NCBI GenBank assembly: GCA_035650735.1
Contig: DASRGZ010000215.1
Location: 1 to 64,000, forward strand
Direction of reading: 5' to 3'
Origin: Chthonomonadaceae bacterium
GTDB lineage: Bacteria; Armatimonadota; Chthonomonadetes; Chthonomonadales; Chthonomonadaceae
Length of the DNA stretch: 64,000 nucleotides
The notes under the pieces were generated by a model that was not told the DNA's origin, ran no database searches, and worked only from the letters and a program-made list of their open reading frames with translations. The stretch's first letter is position 1, and each line of letters starts with the position of its first letter. A program made the translations under genes and the position numbers. Below, in pieces: positions 39,662-48,312 of the stretch.

Positions 39662-42640
39662 ATGCCCGAACGACCGCGCGGAACCGTTACGTTCCTGTTT
39701 ACCGATGTGGAGGATAGCGCCCGGCTTTGGGAGCAGCATCCCGAGGCGATGCGCGAGGCGCTGGCCCGGTACGACGCCATCCTCCAACAGCATATGGAAG
39801 CCAACAACGGCTACGTCTTCAAGACCATCGGGGATGCCTTCTTCGTCATCTTCGATACCCCACAGGAGGGCGTTGCCGCCGCCGTCGGCGCGCAATGCGC
39901 CCTCCACGACCAGGACTGGGGCGCTATCGGGACGCTGCGGGCGCGCATGGCTCTGCACACGGGCGTGGCCGAAGAGCGCGACGGCGACTACTTCGGGCCG
40001 GCGCTCAACCGCGTCGCCCGCCTGCTGGCGGTCAGCAACGGCGGGCAGATATTGATGTCACAGGCCACCTGTGAGCTGGTGCGCGATTCCCTGCCGTCAG
40101 AGGTCCGCCTCTACGATCTTCACCTGCACCGCCTCAAGGACTTACAGCAGCCGGAGCATATTTTCCTCTTGCTGCACGCGACGCTGCCCGCCGAGTTTCC
40201 GGCCCTGCGCACGCTCGATACCCTCCCCAACAACCTGCCCCAGCAGTTGACCAGCTTTATCGGGCGCGAGACCGAGATCGCTACGGTCAAGGGGATGCTG
40301 GCAGCCTCCCGCCTGCTGACTCTGACGGGTTCCGGCGGCTGCGGTAAGACGCGCCTGGCGCTGCAGGTCGCCGCCGACCTGCTGGAAGAGTATCCGGAGG
40401 GCGTGTGGCTGGTGGAGCTGGCGGCCATTACCGACCCGGCGCTCGTGCCACAGACGGTGGCGGCAGCGGTGCGCGCGCGTGAGGAGCCAGGCCGCCCCCT
40501 CATCGAAACTCTGGCCAACTTTTTGCGCCCGAAATCGGTCTTATTATTGCTGGATAACTGCGAGCATCTGGTGGCCGCCTGCGCTCAGCTGGCCGAAGCG
40601 CTGCTGCGAACCTGCCCGAAACTGCGCATTCTGGCGACCAGCCGGGAGGCGCTGGGCATCCCCGGCGAGAGGTCCTGGCGTGTGCCCTCGCTGGCGCTGC
40701 CCGACGCCCTGCACTTGCCGCCCCGGGAGGCCCTGGCCGAAAATGAGGCCGTGCGCCTGTTTGCCGAGCGCGCGGTGACAGCGCAGCCGAGTTTCGCCCT
40801 CACCGAGCGCAATGCGGCGGCAGTGGCCCAGATCTGCGTGCGGCTCGACGGCATTCCGCTGGCGATAGAGTTGGCAGCCGCGCGGGTCAAAGTGCTCTCC
40901 GCAGAACAGTTGGCCCAGCGTCTGGATGACCGTTTCCGCCTCCTGACCGGCGGCAGCCGCACGGCGCTGCCCCGGCAGCAGACGCTCCGGGCCACCATTG
41001 ATTGGAGCTATGACCTGCTCTCGCAGGCCGAGCGCACGCTGCTCAGACGCCTTTCGGTGTTCCTGGGCGGCTGGACGCTGGAGGCGGCGGAGGCGGTCTG
41101 CGCGGATGCCTCTCATGCCCCCCCTCGCGCCGCAGCAATGGGCGCAGGGGAGCACGCAGCGGCCCCATTAGAAGCAGGCAGCCGGGAGAACGCGGGCGGG
41201 CCGGTCGCGGCGGAGGCGGTGCTGGATCTGCTGTCCCGGCTGGTGGATAAATCCCTGGTCCTGGTTGAGGAGAGCGCGGAGGCAGAGGCGCGTTATCGCC
41301 TGCTGGAGACCGTACGGCAGTATAGCCGCGACCGGCTGATGGAGTCGGAGGAAGCCCGGGATCTGCGCTGCCGACATCGGGATTGGTTTCTGACGCTGGC
41401 GGAGGGGGCGGAACGTAGACTGCGCGGCCCGGATCAGGTCGCTTGGCTCAATCGGCTCGCTCAGGAGCACGACAACCTGCGGATGGCGCTGGAGTGGTGC
41501 CGGGCCGAAGAAGACGCCGGCGCGGAGGCGGGCCTGCGACTGGCCGGGGCGCTCTGGAGGTTCTGGCGGGTGCGCGGGTATCTGAGCGAGGGCCGGGAAC
41601 GGCTGGAGGCCGCGCTCGCGCAGGCGTCGGCTTCAGAGCGGACGGCGCAGCGGGCCAAAGCGCTCTATGGGCTGGCGGCCCTGGCCTGGGGGCAGGGCGA
41701 CTACACGAGCGCACGCGCCTATTTTGAGGAGTGCCTGGGTATCTGGCGCGCGCTTGGCGATAAAGAGGGCATCGCCAGCGTCCTCAACGGCCTGGGCCTG
41801 CTGGCCACCGATCAGCAGGACTATGTGGCGGCGCGCGCGCTTTACGAGGAAAGCCTGGCCCTGTTCCAGGAATTGGGCAATAAGCCGGGCCTCGCCCTGC
41901 TGCTTAGCAATCTGGGGTTGGTGGCCTGGCATCTGGGCGATTATGCCGAGGCGCGCGCCCTCACCGAGCGCAGCCTGGCCCTCCACCGGGCCATAGGGGA
42001 CAAGGGCGGCATCGCGCTGGCCCTGACCAACCTGGGCGTGATCCTGCGGGATCAGGGCGACTACGCGGCATCTCAGACCTATCATGAAGAGAGCCTGGCC
42101 CTCTTCCGCGAATTGGGCAACAAGCAGGGAATCGCCCACGCCCTGATGAGCCTGGGCAACCTCGCCTATATTCGGGAGGATTTTGCGACGGCTGGCCCAC
42201 TCTATGACCAGGGCCTGACGCTCTTCCAGGAGTTGGGAGACAAGCCCCATATCGCCTTCTCGCTGGGCAATCGAGGCAACATAGCCCGCCAGAACGGCCA
42301 GTACGACGAGGCCGCCGCACTCTATCGGCAGGCGCTGGCGATCTGGCGGGAGCTAGGGCATAAGCAGGGCCAGAGTGGGCTGCTCCAGGAAATCGGGCGC
42401 CTGGCCCTGGCGCGAGGCCAGGCCGAAGAGGCGGCGCAGTTGTTCGGCGCGGCGGAAGGCTTACGGGAGGCGATGAGCGAGAAGCTCTCTCCCTACGAGA
42501 TCGCGGCAGAAGAGGAGGCCAAAGAGAGCCTGCGGGCCTGTCTGGGTGAGGAAGCCTGCGCGGCGGCCTGGGCGCAGGGCCGCATCCTGTCCGCAGAGCA
42601 GTCCTATCTCTACGCCTTGCAGAAGGTCCTTGCCGTCTGA
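39662..42640 (+). CDS. Adenylate/guanylate cyclase-like domain + STAND ATPase + TPR protein
   Basis: TFLFTDVE, GDAF, GSGGCGKT, LLLDNCEH, GIPLAIELAA, TPR tail; GGAGG SD. Confidence 0.92.
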   Translation: MPERPRGTVTFLFTDVEDSARLWEQHPEAMREALARYDAILQQHMEANNGYVFKTIGDAFFVIFDTPQEGVAAAVGAQCALHDQDWGAIGTLRARMALHTGVAEERDGDYFGPALNRVARLLAVSNGGQILMSQATCELVRDSLPSEVRLYDLHLHRLKDLQQPEHIFLLLHATLPAEFPALRTLDTLPNNLPQQLTSFIGRETEIATVKGMLAASRLLTLTGSGGCGKTRLALQVAADLLEEYPEGVWLVELAAITDPALVPQTVAAAVRAREEPGRPLIETLANFLRPKSVLLLLDNCEHLVAACAQLAEALLRTCPKLRILATSREALGIPGERSWRVPSLALPDALHLPPREALAENEAVRLFAERAVTAQPSFALTERNAAAVAQICVRLDGIPLAIELAAARVKVLSAEQLAQRLDDRFRLLTGGSRTALPRQQTLRATIDWSYDLLSQAERTLLRRLSVFLGGWTLEAAEAVCADASHAPPRAAAMGAGEHAAAPLEAGSRENAGGPVAAEAVLDLLSRLVDKSLVLVEESAEAEARYRLLETVRQYSRDRLMESEEARDLRCRHRDWFLTLAEGAERRLRGPDQVAWLNRLAQEHDNLRMALEWCRAEEDAGAEAGLRLAGALWRFWRVRGYLSEGRERLEAALAQASASERTAQRAKALYGLAALAWGQGDYTSARAYFEECLGIWRALGDKEGIASVLNGLGLLATDQQDYVAARALYEESLALFQELGNKPGLALLLSNLGLVAWHLGDYAEARALTERSLALHRAIGDKGGIALALTNLGVILRDQGDYAASQTYHEESLALFRELGNKQGIAHALMSLGNLAYIREDFATAGPLYDQGLTLFQELGDKPHIAFSLGNRGNIARQNGQYDEAAALYRQALAIWRELGHKQGQSGLLQEIGRLALARGQAEEAAQLFGAAEGLREAMSEKLSPYEIAAEEEAKESLRACLGEEACAAAWAQGRILSAEQSYLYALQKVLAV

Positions 42641-42689
42641 TACCTCGCTCCAGGCTATCGGCGCGCTGACAACACGCAAAGGAGAGGCA

Positions 42690-42980
42690 TTGAGGACAAA
42701 AGCACGCATTCGCCATAAAAAGCAAGAGCGCATCCAGCGGCAGGCTGCCGAGCGCATCCTTCAGGGGCTGAGCGCCGATCAGCGCCGCATCCTGAGGCTC
42801 TCGCAGGAAGGCTACGCACCCGGCGAGATCGCCCGCGAGCTGGCGCTGCCACTGGAGTACGTAACGCACTTCATGACGGGGCTGGTACAGCGGCTCACCC
42901 AGGAGGGCCTGATCCCCTCCCCGGAATGGCGAAACGTCCTGCACTGGGCCGGCGAGGAAGGGCTGCTGCCCGCCGAATAG
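42690..42980 (+). CDS. Small LuxR/sigma-region-4-like HTH protein
   Basis: AAGGAGAGG SD plus TTG; LSADQRRILRLSQEGYAPGEIARELAL. Confidence 0.7.
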   Translation: MRTKARIRHKKQERIQRQAAERILQGLSADQRRILRLSQEGYAPGEIARELALPLEYVTHFMTGLVQRLTQEGLIPSPEWRNVLHWAGEEGLLPAE

Positions 42981-43095
42981 CCCTGCGGAGAAGGTTCGGT
43001 TCCCGGCTCCTTTTCCGGCAGGCGAACAGGCATCCTTAATCCGCTTCCGTTTCGTAATAATTTTCAAACTTTTTGCTCTCCTTGGGCTGAAACTA

Positions 43096-43125
43096 TTGAC
43101 AGGAGGTGGTCTGTTTTTCTATAAT
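43096..43125 (+). promoter_or_regulatory. Sigma70 promoter
   Basis: TTGACA-N18-TATAAT. Confidence 0.75.
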
Positions 43126-43453
43126 ATGATCGTCTCGCTCGAAGTCCCATCCTGTACCTGCAAGGCAAGACCACGCGCAGCCGACACTCTGCCAAGCGAT
43201 TGTGGACAGTTACGCCTAGCAATTATCTGTATACCCTCGGGCGTTTCACAGCGACGGTATCTCTTGCTGTACCGGGATTTCCTTTGCTTACTGTCCCCGA
43301 AATTGGCGGGTGCCCAGTCGCTCCGCTACCGGCATTTCCTGGCCGGATCGATCCGGCGTTGAAAGCCGGCGTAGCGGCGAAAAGGCCGAGAAGATGCACT
43401 GGCGTTTTCCGCGCGCCGGAAAACGCAGACACCGCGTGAGGAGTAGGTACATT

Positions 43454-43666
43454 ATGTGGCAACGATCTGAGCACGATCCAACTGGAGAAGAGCTGTTCCT
43501 GGCCGGCGAGAAAGTGCGGCCGGGAATCTACCGACAAGTGGGGGGGGGCCGCGAAGTCCACCTGGAGCAAGAGGATTTTCTTCCTGCCAGCCTGGATGGG
43601 CGGGTCGCCTGCTACAAGCGAGTCAAGAACACCTGGGCCCAGATATTGGAACGGACTCCTGCCTGA
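43454..43666 (+). CDS. Small YjzC-like protein (70 aa)
   Basis: GAGGAG SD; GEKVRPGIYRQVG..REVHL..FLP resembles the YjzC pattern. Confidence 0.65.
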   Translation: MWQRSEHDPTGEELFLAGEKVRPGIYRQVGGGREVHLEQEDFLPASLDGRVACYKRVKNTWAQILERTPA

Positions 43667-43748
43667 GAGGCCCGGTCGTTCTCAATAGCACGCCATTATA
43701 ACCCCCGCGGCCTATGATCGGGGGAAACCAAGGAAGGAAAGGTGAACA

Positions 43749-43782
43749 CAAAAGGCCGGCCTGGTCTCAGGTCGGCCTTTTG
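43749..43782. terminator. Bidirectional terminator
   Basis: CAAAAGGCCGGCCTG/CAGGTCGGCCTTTTG between convergent genes. Confidence 0.8.
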
Positions 43783-43811
43783 TCGTCGCTGCCTGGCGGA
43801 GCCTGGCCCCG

Positions 43812-44924
43812 CTACTTGCGCGCCCGCTTGATCGTGCAGCCGAACGCCTGCGTCTGTGTCTGTGGCGGCTCCTTGCCCGCTAGCAGGGCGTCAAGCGCGT
43901 CGGCCAGGTAGTGGGTCTTAACCTGGCTAGCATCCTGGCTATCGTCAATCGCGCCGTGATAGCGGGCGACGCCGCGCCCATCCAGCACCCAGATTTCGGG
44001 CGTGTGCTGGGCCGCAAAGCGGTCGGCGATCACGTTGCGCGTATCTTTGAGGATTGGAAACGGAAAGCCGTGCGCCCTGGCGTTTGCGGCGATCTGGGCG
44101 GGCGTCTCTCCCTGATTGGCATTAATGCCCAGGAAGCGAACGCCCTTCGGCCCATACTGCTGGGCCAGTTCCACCATCCGTGCGCTGTAGGCGTTAGAGA
44201 CCGGGCAGGTGGTGGAGACAAACATCAGCACGGTCAGCTTATGCCCGGCATCCGTGGAGGTGACGGGCTTGCCGTTGACGTCGTTGAGGGTGAAGCTGGG
44301 AACCGGCTGGCCGATCTCAGCCTTCCAATCCCCCTTCAGGGCCATAAGCAGCGCGATGCCGTGACTGCTGAGAATGCCTTCGGGGCTGCGATCAAAGCGC
44401 ATCGCACGATCAATGTTCTTGATCCGGCCGTCCGGCCCGACGATGAAGGTAACGCGGTCGGCGTATCCATTTTGATTCAGCACGCCGTATTCCTGGCTTA
44501 CCTTTTTGTCGGCGTCGGCCAGGATGGGGAAGTTGAGATGGTTCTTATCGGCAAAGGCGCGCTTGGACTTCACATCCTGCACGCTGATGCCAAACACGAT
44601 GGCTCCTTCGCGCTGGAGCTGAGGCAGGTGATCCCGCAGGGAACACATTTCCGCCGTTCATCCAGGGGTGCTATCGGCGGGATAGAAGGCTAGCACGACC
44701 GTTTTGCCGCGCAGGTCGGCCAGGTGGTGAACTTTGCCGTCCTGGTCGGGCAGGGTGAAATCGGGGGCCATCATGCCGACCTCCAACTCCGCCGGAGCGC
44801 CGTTAGGAGGCGCAGCCTGGGCGGGCGGCTCCCCGGCGCGGGCGATGAGGCCGGCAGCCGGGATAAGCAGGGCCGCCAGGACCATCGCGCCGCCTACGCC
44901 CCGTCGCCAGCTATATCTTCGCAT
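43812..44924 (-). CDS. Selenocysteine-containing BCP/PrxQ peroxiredoxin fused to a second redoxin domain
   Basis: In-frame TGA 44660-44658 gives FYPADSTPG-U-TAEMC; same frame continues to 43812; second domain STTCPVS; AAGGAG SD. Confidence 0.85.
44623..44655 (-). promoter_or_regulatory. Candidate bacterial SECIS hairpin
   Basis: GGCGG-AAAT-GTGTTCCC-TGC-GGGATCAC-CTGCC just after UGA; apical loop starts 20 nt downstream and contains G. Confidence 0.6.
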
Positions 44925-45105
44925 TACGGCAATCTCCTTTCTTTTCGCGTTTCTTATTCTGGTAATCCCTCCCAACGGTGTTGACGTATCTCCTCAGCAG
45001 CAGGCTGCGTGAGATTGATCCACACGGCTGGGAGTGTCTAGCCTTATTCTAGTTTCACCAACATTTGCGGGTTTTCCGTACCCGAGCATTAAAAATACCC
45101 GTCTC

Positions 45106-47742
45106 TTAGCCCTCCAATGCGTACTCGATGGCCTGCTCCCGGGAGAGGGTGCGACCTGCGGCAAAGACGGTGGCGAAGGCAGGTTCGCCAAGTGCCTGCC
45201 GGACAACAGCCAAGTCACGGTCATGCTGGGCACGAACGCTGGGCGCGACCGGAATACCGCTGGCCTCGCCCAAGACCTCCGCTGCCCCGTAGAGCCGTGC
45301 TGCCCGCTCAGGCTGTGCTTGCAGGGCTGCCAGGGCTGCAAAGGCTTTCAAGCACTCGACCATTCCCCACTTATGTCCCAGTTCCTGGCGCAAGCGCAGG
45401 CTCTCCGTCAACAACGTCTTGGCGCGCGCAGGTTCTGCCTGGGATAACGCCACTTTCCCTAGCGTTTCCAGGCAGAGGGCCTGTCCCCAGGTATCCCCTT
45501 CTATCAAAGTCATACTTTCCTCACACAGGGTGCGTGCCTCCGTGTAGTGGCCCTGATCATAGAAAACGCCTCCCTGATAGGCCAGCGTCCAAGCCACCCC
45601 CATCTTGTCTCCCAATTCCCTGTAGATCGCCAGGCACTCCTGCAAAGCCTGCGTTGCGCGCGCATAGTCGCTCTGCTGCCAATGCATAAAACCCAGATCT
45701 TGCAGCCCACCAGCCATCCCCCCCTTATCTCCGAGTTCCCTCCATAAGGCCACGCTCTCGTCCAGGAGCGGTTCCGCGCGCGCATAGTCCTGCTGATAAC
45801 CCGCCATACTCCCTGTGGAACGCAGCACCTCGGCTCGCAGGGAAGCAGATAGGCCGCTGCTTCGTTGCAGCGCTCGTTCCAACCACTCCCGTCCTTCGCT
45901 CCAATAGCCGCGCAGATACCAGAAGTTAAACACAGAAAATGGATCATGGGCAGAAAATAACCTTATCACCAACCCTAACAGGGCTTCGGGGGCGTCGGCA
46001 TCGTCCAAGCACCGGGCCAGGACGCTTCTCAGGTTGTCGTGTTCAGCTTCCAGGCGGGCCAACCATGCTTTCTGGTTCGAACTGGGTGCCTCTGCCAGTG
46101 CCAGAAAGTAGTCGCGGTGCCTGTCTCGTACCTGGGACGCCTTGCCGCTCTCCTCCAACCGCTCCCCTCCATACTGCCGCACCGTCTCCAACAGGTGATA
46201 GCGCGCCTGCCCGTTCTGCTCCTCCACCAGCACCAGCGACTTCTCCACCAGACTGGTCAGCAAGTCCAGTACCTCCCAGGCTTCTATGCCCTCCCCGCAA
46301 CAGACCGCCTCCGCTGCTTCCAGCGTCCAGCCGCCCGCGAAGACCGACAGACGGCCAAACAGAGCCTGTTCCGCCTCCGAGAGCAGGTTGTAACTCCAAT
46401 CTATGGTCGCCCGAAGCGTCTGCTGGCGCGGCAAGGCCGTCCGGCTGCCCCCCGTCAGCAGCCGGAAGCAGTCATCCAGCCGCTGGGTCACCTGTTCGAC
46501 CGTCAACGCCTTTATCCGCGCCGCCGCTAACTCTATCGCCAGGGGAATCCCATCCAGGCGATGACACACCTGCGCCAGCGCGGGCGCATTCTGGTTGGTC
46601 ACGGCAAAGGTGGGCACAACCGCCATCGCCCGGTCAAGGAAGAGACGCACCGCCTCGTACTGGCTCAGGTGGGGTAGCGGCGGCAGCCGATTCGTGTCGG
46701 GCATCCTCAAGGAGGGCACGCGATAGGTCTGCTCGCCGGTGATCCCCAGCCCTTCACGGCTGCTGGCCAGGAGGCGAAGATGCGGGCAGGCATGCAGCAG
46801 GCTGTCGGCGAGGTGAGCACAGGCAGCCAGAAGGTGTTCGCAGTTGTCCAGCACCAAGAGCAGTCGCCGAGGCTTGAGATAGTCGGTGAGCGTCAGAAGG
46901 AGCGTGCGGCCCGGCTCTTCCCGAACGCCCAGCGCCGAGGCCACCGCCTGGGCAACCAGCCCTGGGTCGGATAGGGGGGCCAACTCCACCAGCCAGACGC
47001 CTTCCGAGTACTCTTCCAGCACGTCGGCGGCCACCTGAAGGGCGAGACGGGTCTTGCCGCAGCCCCCAGAGCCGGTCAGGGTCAGCAGACACGTCGTCGA
47101 CAGCAGGCGCTTGACCTGCTCGATCTCCTGCTCTCTGCCAATGAAGGAGCTCAGTTGCCGGGGCAGGTTGTTGGGCAGGGCATCTAAGGACTTGAGAGGC
47201 GGGAAGTCGGATGGAAGGTCAGGATGCAGCAGCAGGAACACCTGTTCGGGTCGGGCCAGGTCGCGCAGACGCTGCTCTCCGGCATCTTGCAGATGCGCTC
47301 CCTCCGGCAGAGCGTCTCGAACCAGGTCATAGGTGGTTCGGGAGATCACAACCTGTCCACCGTGTGCGATAGCTCGCAGTCGAGCGCAGCGATTGACTGG
47401 CGCGCCGTAGTAGTCTCCCTCCCGCAGGTCAGCCTCGCCGGTATGGACAGCCATGCGGACGCGCAGTGGCATCTCGGCGGGCCACAGTTCAGACAAGAAC
47501 GCCTGCTGGAGAGCGCAGGCGGCAGTGACGGCATCGGTGGCGCGGGCGAAGACAGCAAAGAGACTGCCCCCTTCTCCCCGACTCTTGACCAACGTACCCT
47601 CGTGCTGCTCGACAATAAAGGCGGCGAGGGCGTCGTGGCGGGCAAGGGCCTGGCGCATCGGCTCCGGTTGCTGCTCCCAGAGTTTAGTGCTGCCCTCGAT
47701 GTCAGTGAGAAGGAAGGTGATCGTTCCCGTAGGCAGGCTCAT
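45106..47742 (-). CDS. Cyclase-like domain + STAND ATPase + TPR protein (paralogue)
   Basis: TFLLTDIEGST, GSGGCGKT, LDNCEH, GIPLAIELAA. Confidence 0.9.
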   Translation of the reverse strand: MSLPTGTITFLLTDIEGSTKLWEQQPEPMRQALARHDALAAFIVEQHEGTLVKSRGEGGSLFAVFARATDAVTAACALQQAFLSELWPAEMPLRVRMAVHTGEADLREGDYYGAPVNRCARLRAIAHGGQVVISRTTYDLVRDALPEGAHLQDAGEQRLRDLARPEQVFLLLHPDLPSDFPPLKSLDALPNNLPRQLSSFIGREQEIEQVKRLLSTTCLLTLTGSGGCGKTRLALQVAADVLEEYSEGVWLVELAPLSDPGLVAQAVASALGVREEPGRTLLLTLTDYLKPRRLLLVLDNCEHLLAACAHLADSLLHACPHLRLLASSREGLGITGEQTYRVPSLRMPDTNRLPPLPHLSQYEAVRLFLDRAMAVVPTFAVTNQNAPALAQVCHRLDGIPLAIELAAARIKALTVEQVTQRLDDCFRLLTGGSRTALPRQQTLRATIDWSYNLLSEAEQALFGRLSVFAGGWTLEAAEAVCCGEGIEAWEVLDLLTSLVEKSLVLVEEQNGQARYHLLETVRQYGGERLEESGKASQVRDRHRDYFLALAEAPSSNQKAWLARLEAEHDNLRSVLARCLDDADAPEALLGLVIRLFSAHDPFSVFNFWYLRGYWSEGREWLERALQRSSGLSASLRAEVLRSTGSMAGYQQDYARAEPLLDESVALWRELGDKGGMAGGLQDLGFMHWQQSDYARATQALQECLAIYRELGDKMGVAWTLAYQGGVFYDQGHYTEARTLCEESMTLIEGDTWGQALCLETLGKVALSQAEPARAKTLLTESLRLRQELGHKWGMVECLKAFAALAALQAQPERAARLYGAAEVLGEASGIPVAPSVRAQHDRDLAVVRQALGEPAFATVFAAGRTLSREQAIEYALEG

Positions 47743-47765
47743 TACAAGATTCTCTATCGCCAACT

Positions 47766-48086
47766 TCACCGCCGGCCTTTGAATGGGTTGATATACAGGT
47801 CGTCCTGGCACTCGACTCCGACCTCGAACTTGCAATCCGAGCGCGGGTAGGCGATGCAGAGCAGCACGTAGCCCATCGCCACCTGCGCCGGTTTCAGCGC
47901 CTCTCCCTCCGACTGGTCTACCTCCCCTTCCAGCAGGCGGGCCGCGCAGGTCACGCAGACGCCGAAGCGACAGCCATAGGGCAGGCGCAACCCGGCATCC
48001 TCCAGGGCATCCAGGAGGTATTCGCCCTCGGCCACTTCCACCACCCGGTTATCCCGGTTGACCAGCGTGATTCGATGCTTCTTCAT
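47766..48086 (-). CDS. 2Fe-2S ferredoxin
   Basis: CRFGVCVTC...LLC plant-type motif. Confidence 0.9.
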   Translation of the reverse strand: MKKHRITLVNRDNRVVEVAEGEYLLDALEDAGLRLPYGCRFGVCVTCAARLLEGEVDQSEGEALKPAQVAMGYVLLCIAYPRSDCKFEVGVECQDDLYINPFKGRR

Positions 48087-48144
48087 GCCTTTTAAACCAC
48101 CCGCTGCGCTAGAGGCACAGAGACACAGAGGAAAAACTAAAGAC

Positions 48145-48292
48145 CTCAACAGGATAAACAGGATTTACAGGATTAAGGCACAAGACAGAGGTCTTGAAAC
48201 CAAGAGAAAAAGAGGCATAGGTATTCGGTTGGTTAGGTAGGTTTTAGAAATCCTGTTTAATCCTGAATCATCCTGTTCATCCTGTTGAAAGG
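48145..48292 (+). repeat. ACAGGAT-terminal MITE/REP-like element (copy 3)
   Basis: Near-identical 3' half to 7410-7490. Confidence 0.85.
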
Positions 48293-48312
48293 TTTTTTAC
48301 GGGTGGTGAATT

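Noticed and set aside
43340..43400. FMN riboswitch (GATCCGG..GAAA..CCGG..GAGAAG resemblance)
   Set aside because: The conserved 5' half (AGGGCGGGGTGAAATTCCC) is missing and the downstream gene is unrelated to flavin
43700..43748. c-di-AMP riboswitch (CGGGGGAACCA..GGTGAA)
   Set aside because: No 3' CCCGTCAGCTAAC element and no downstream co-oriented gene
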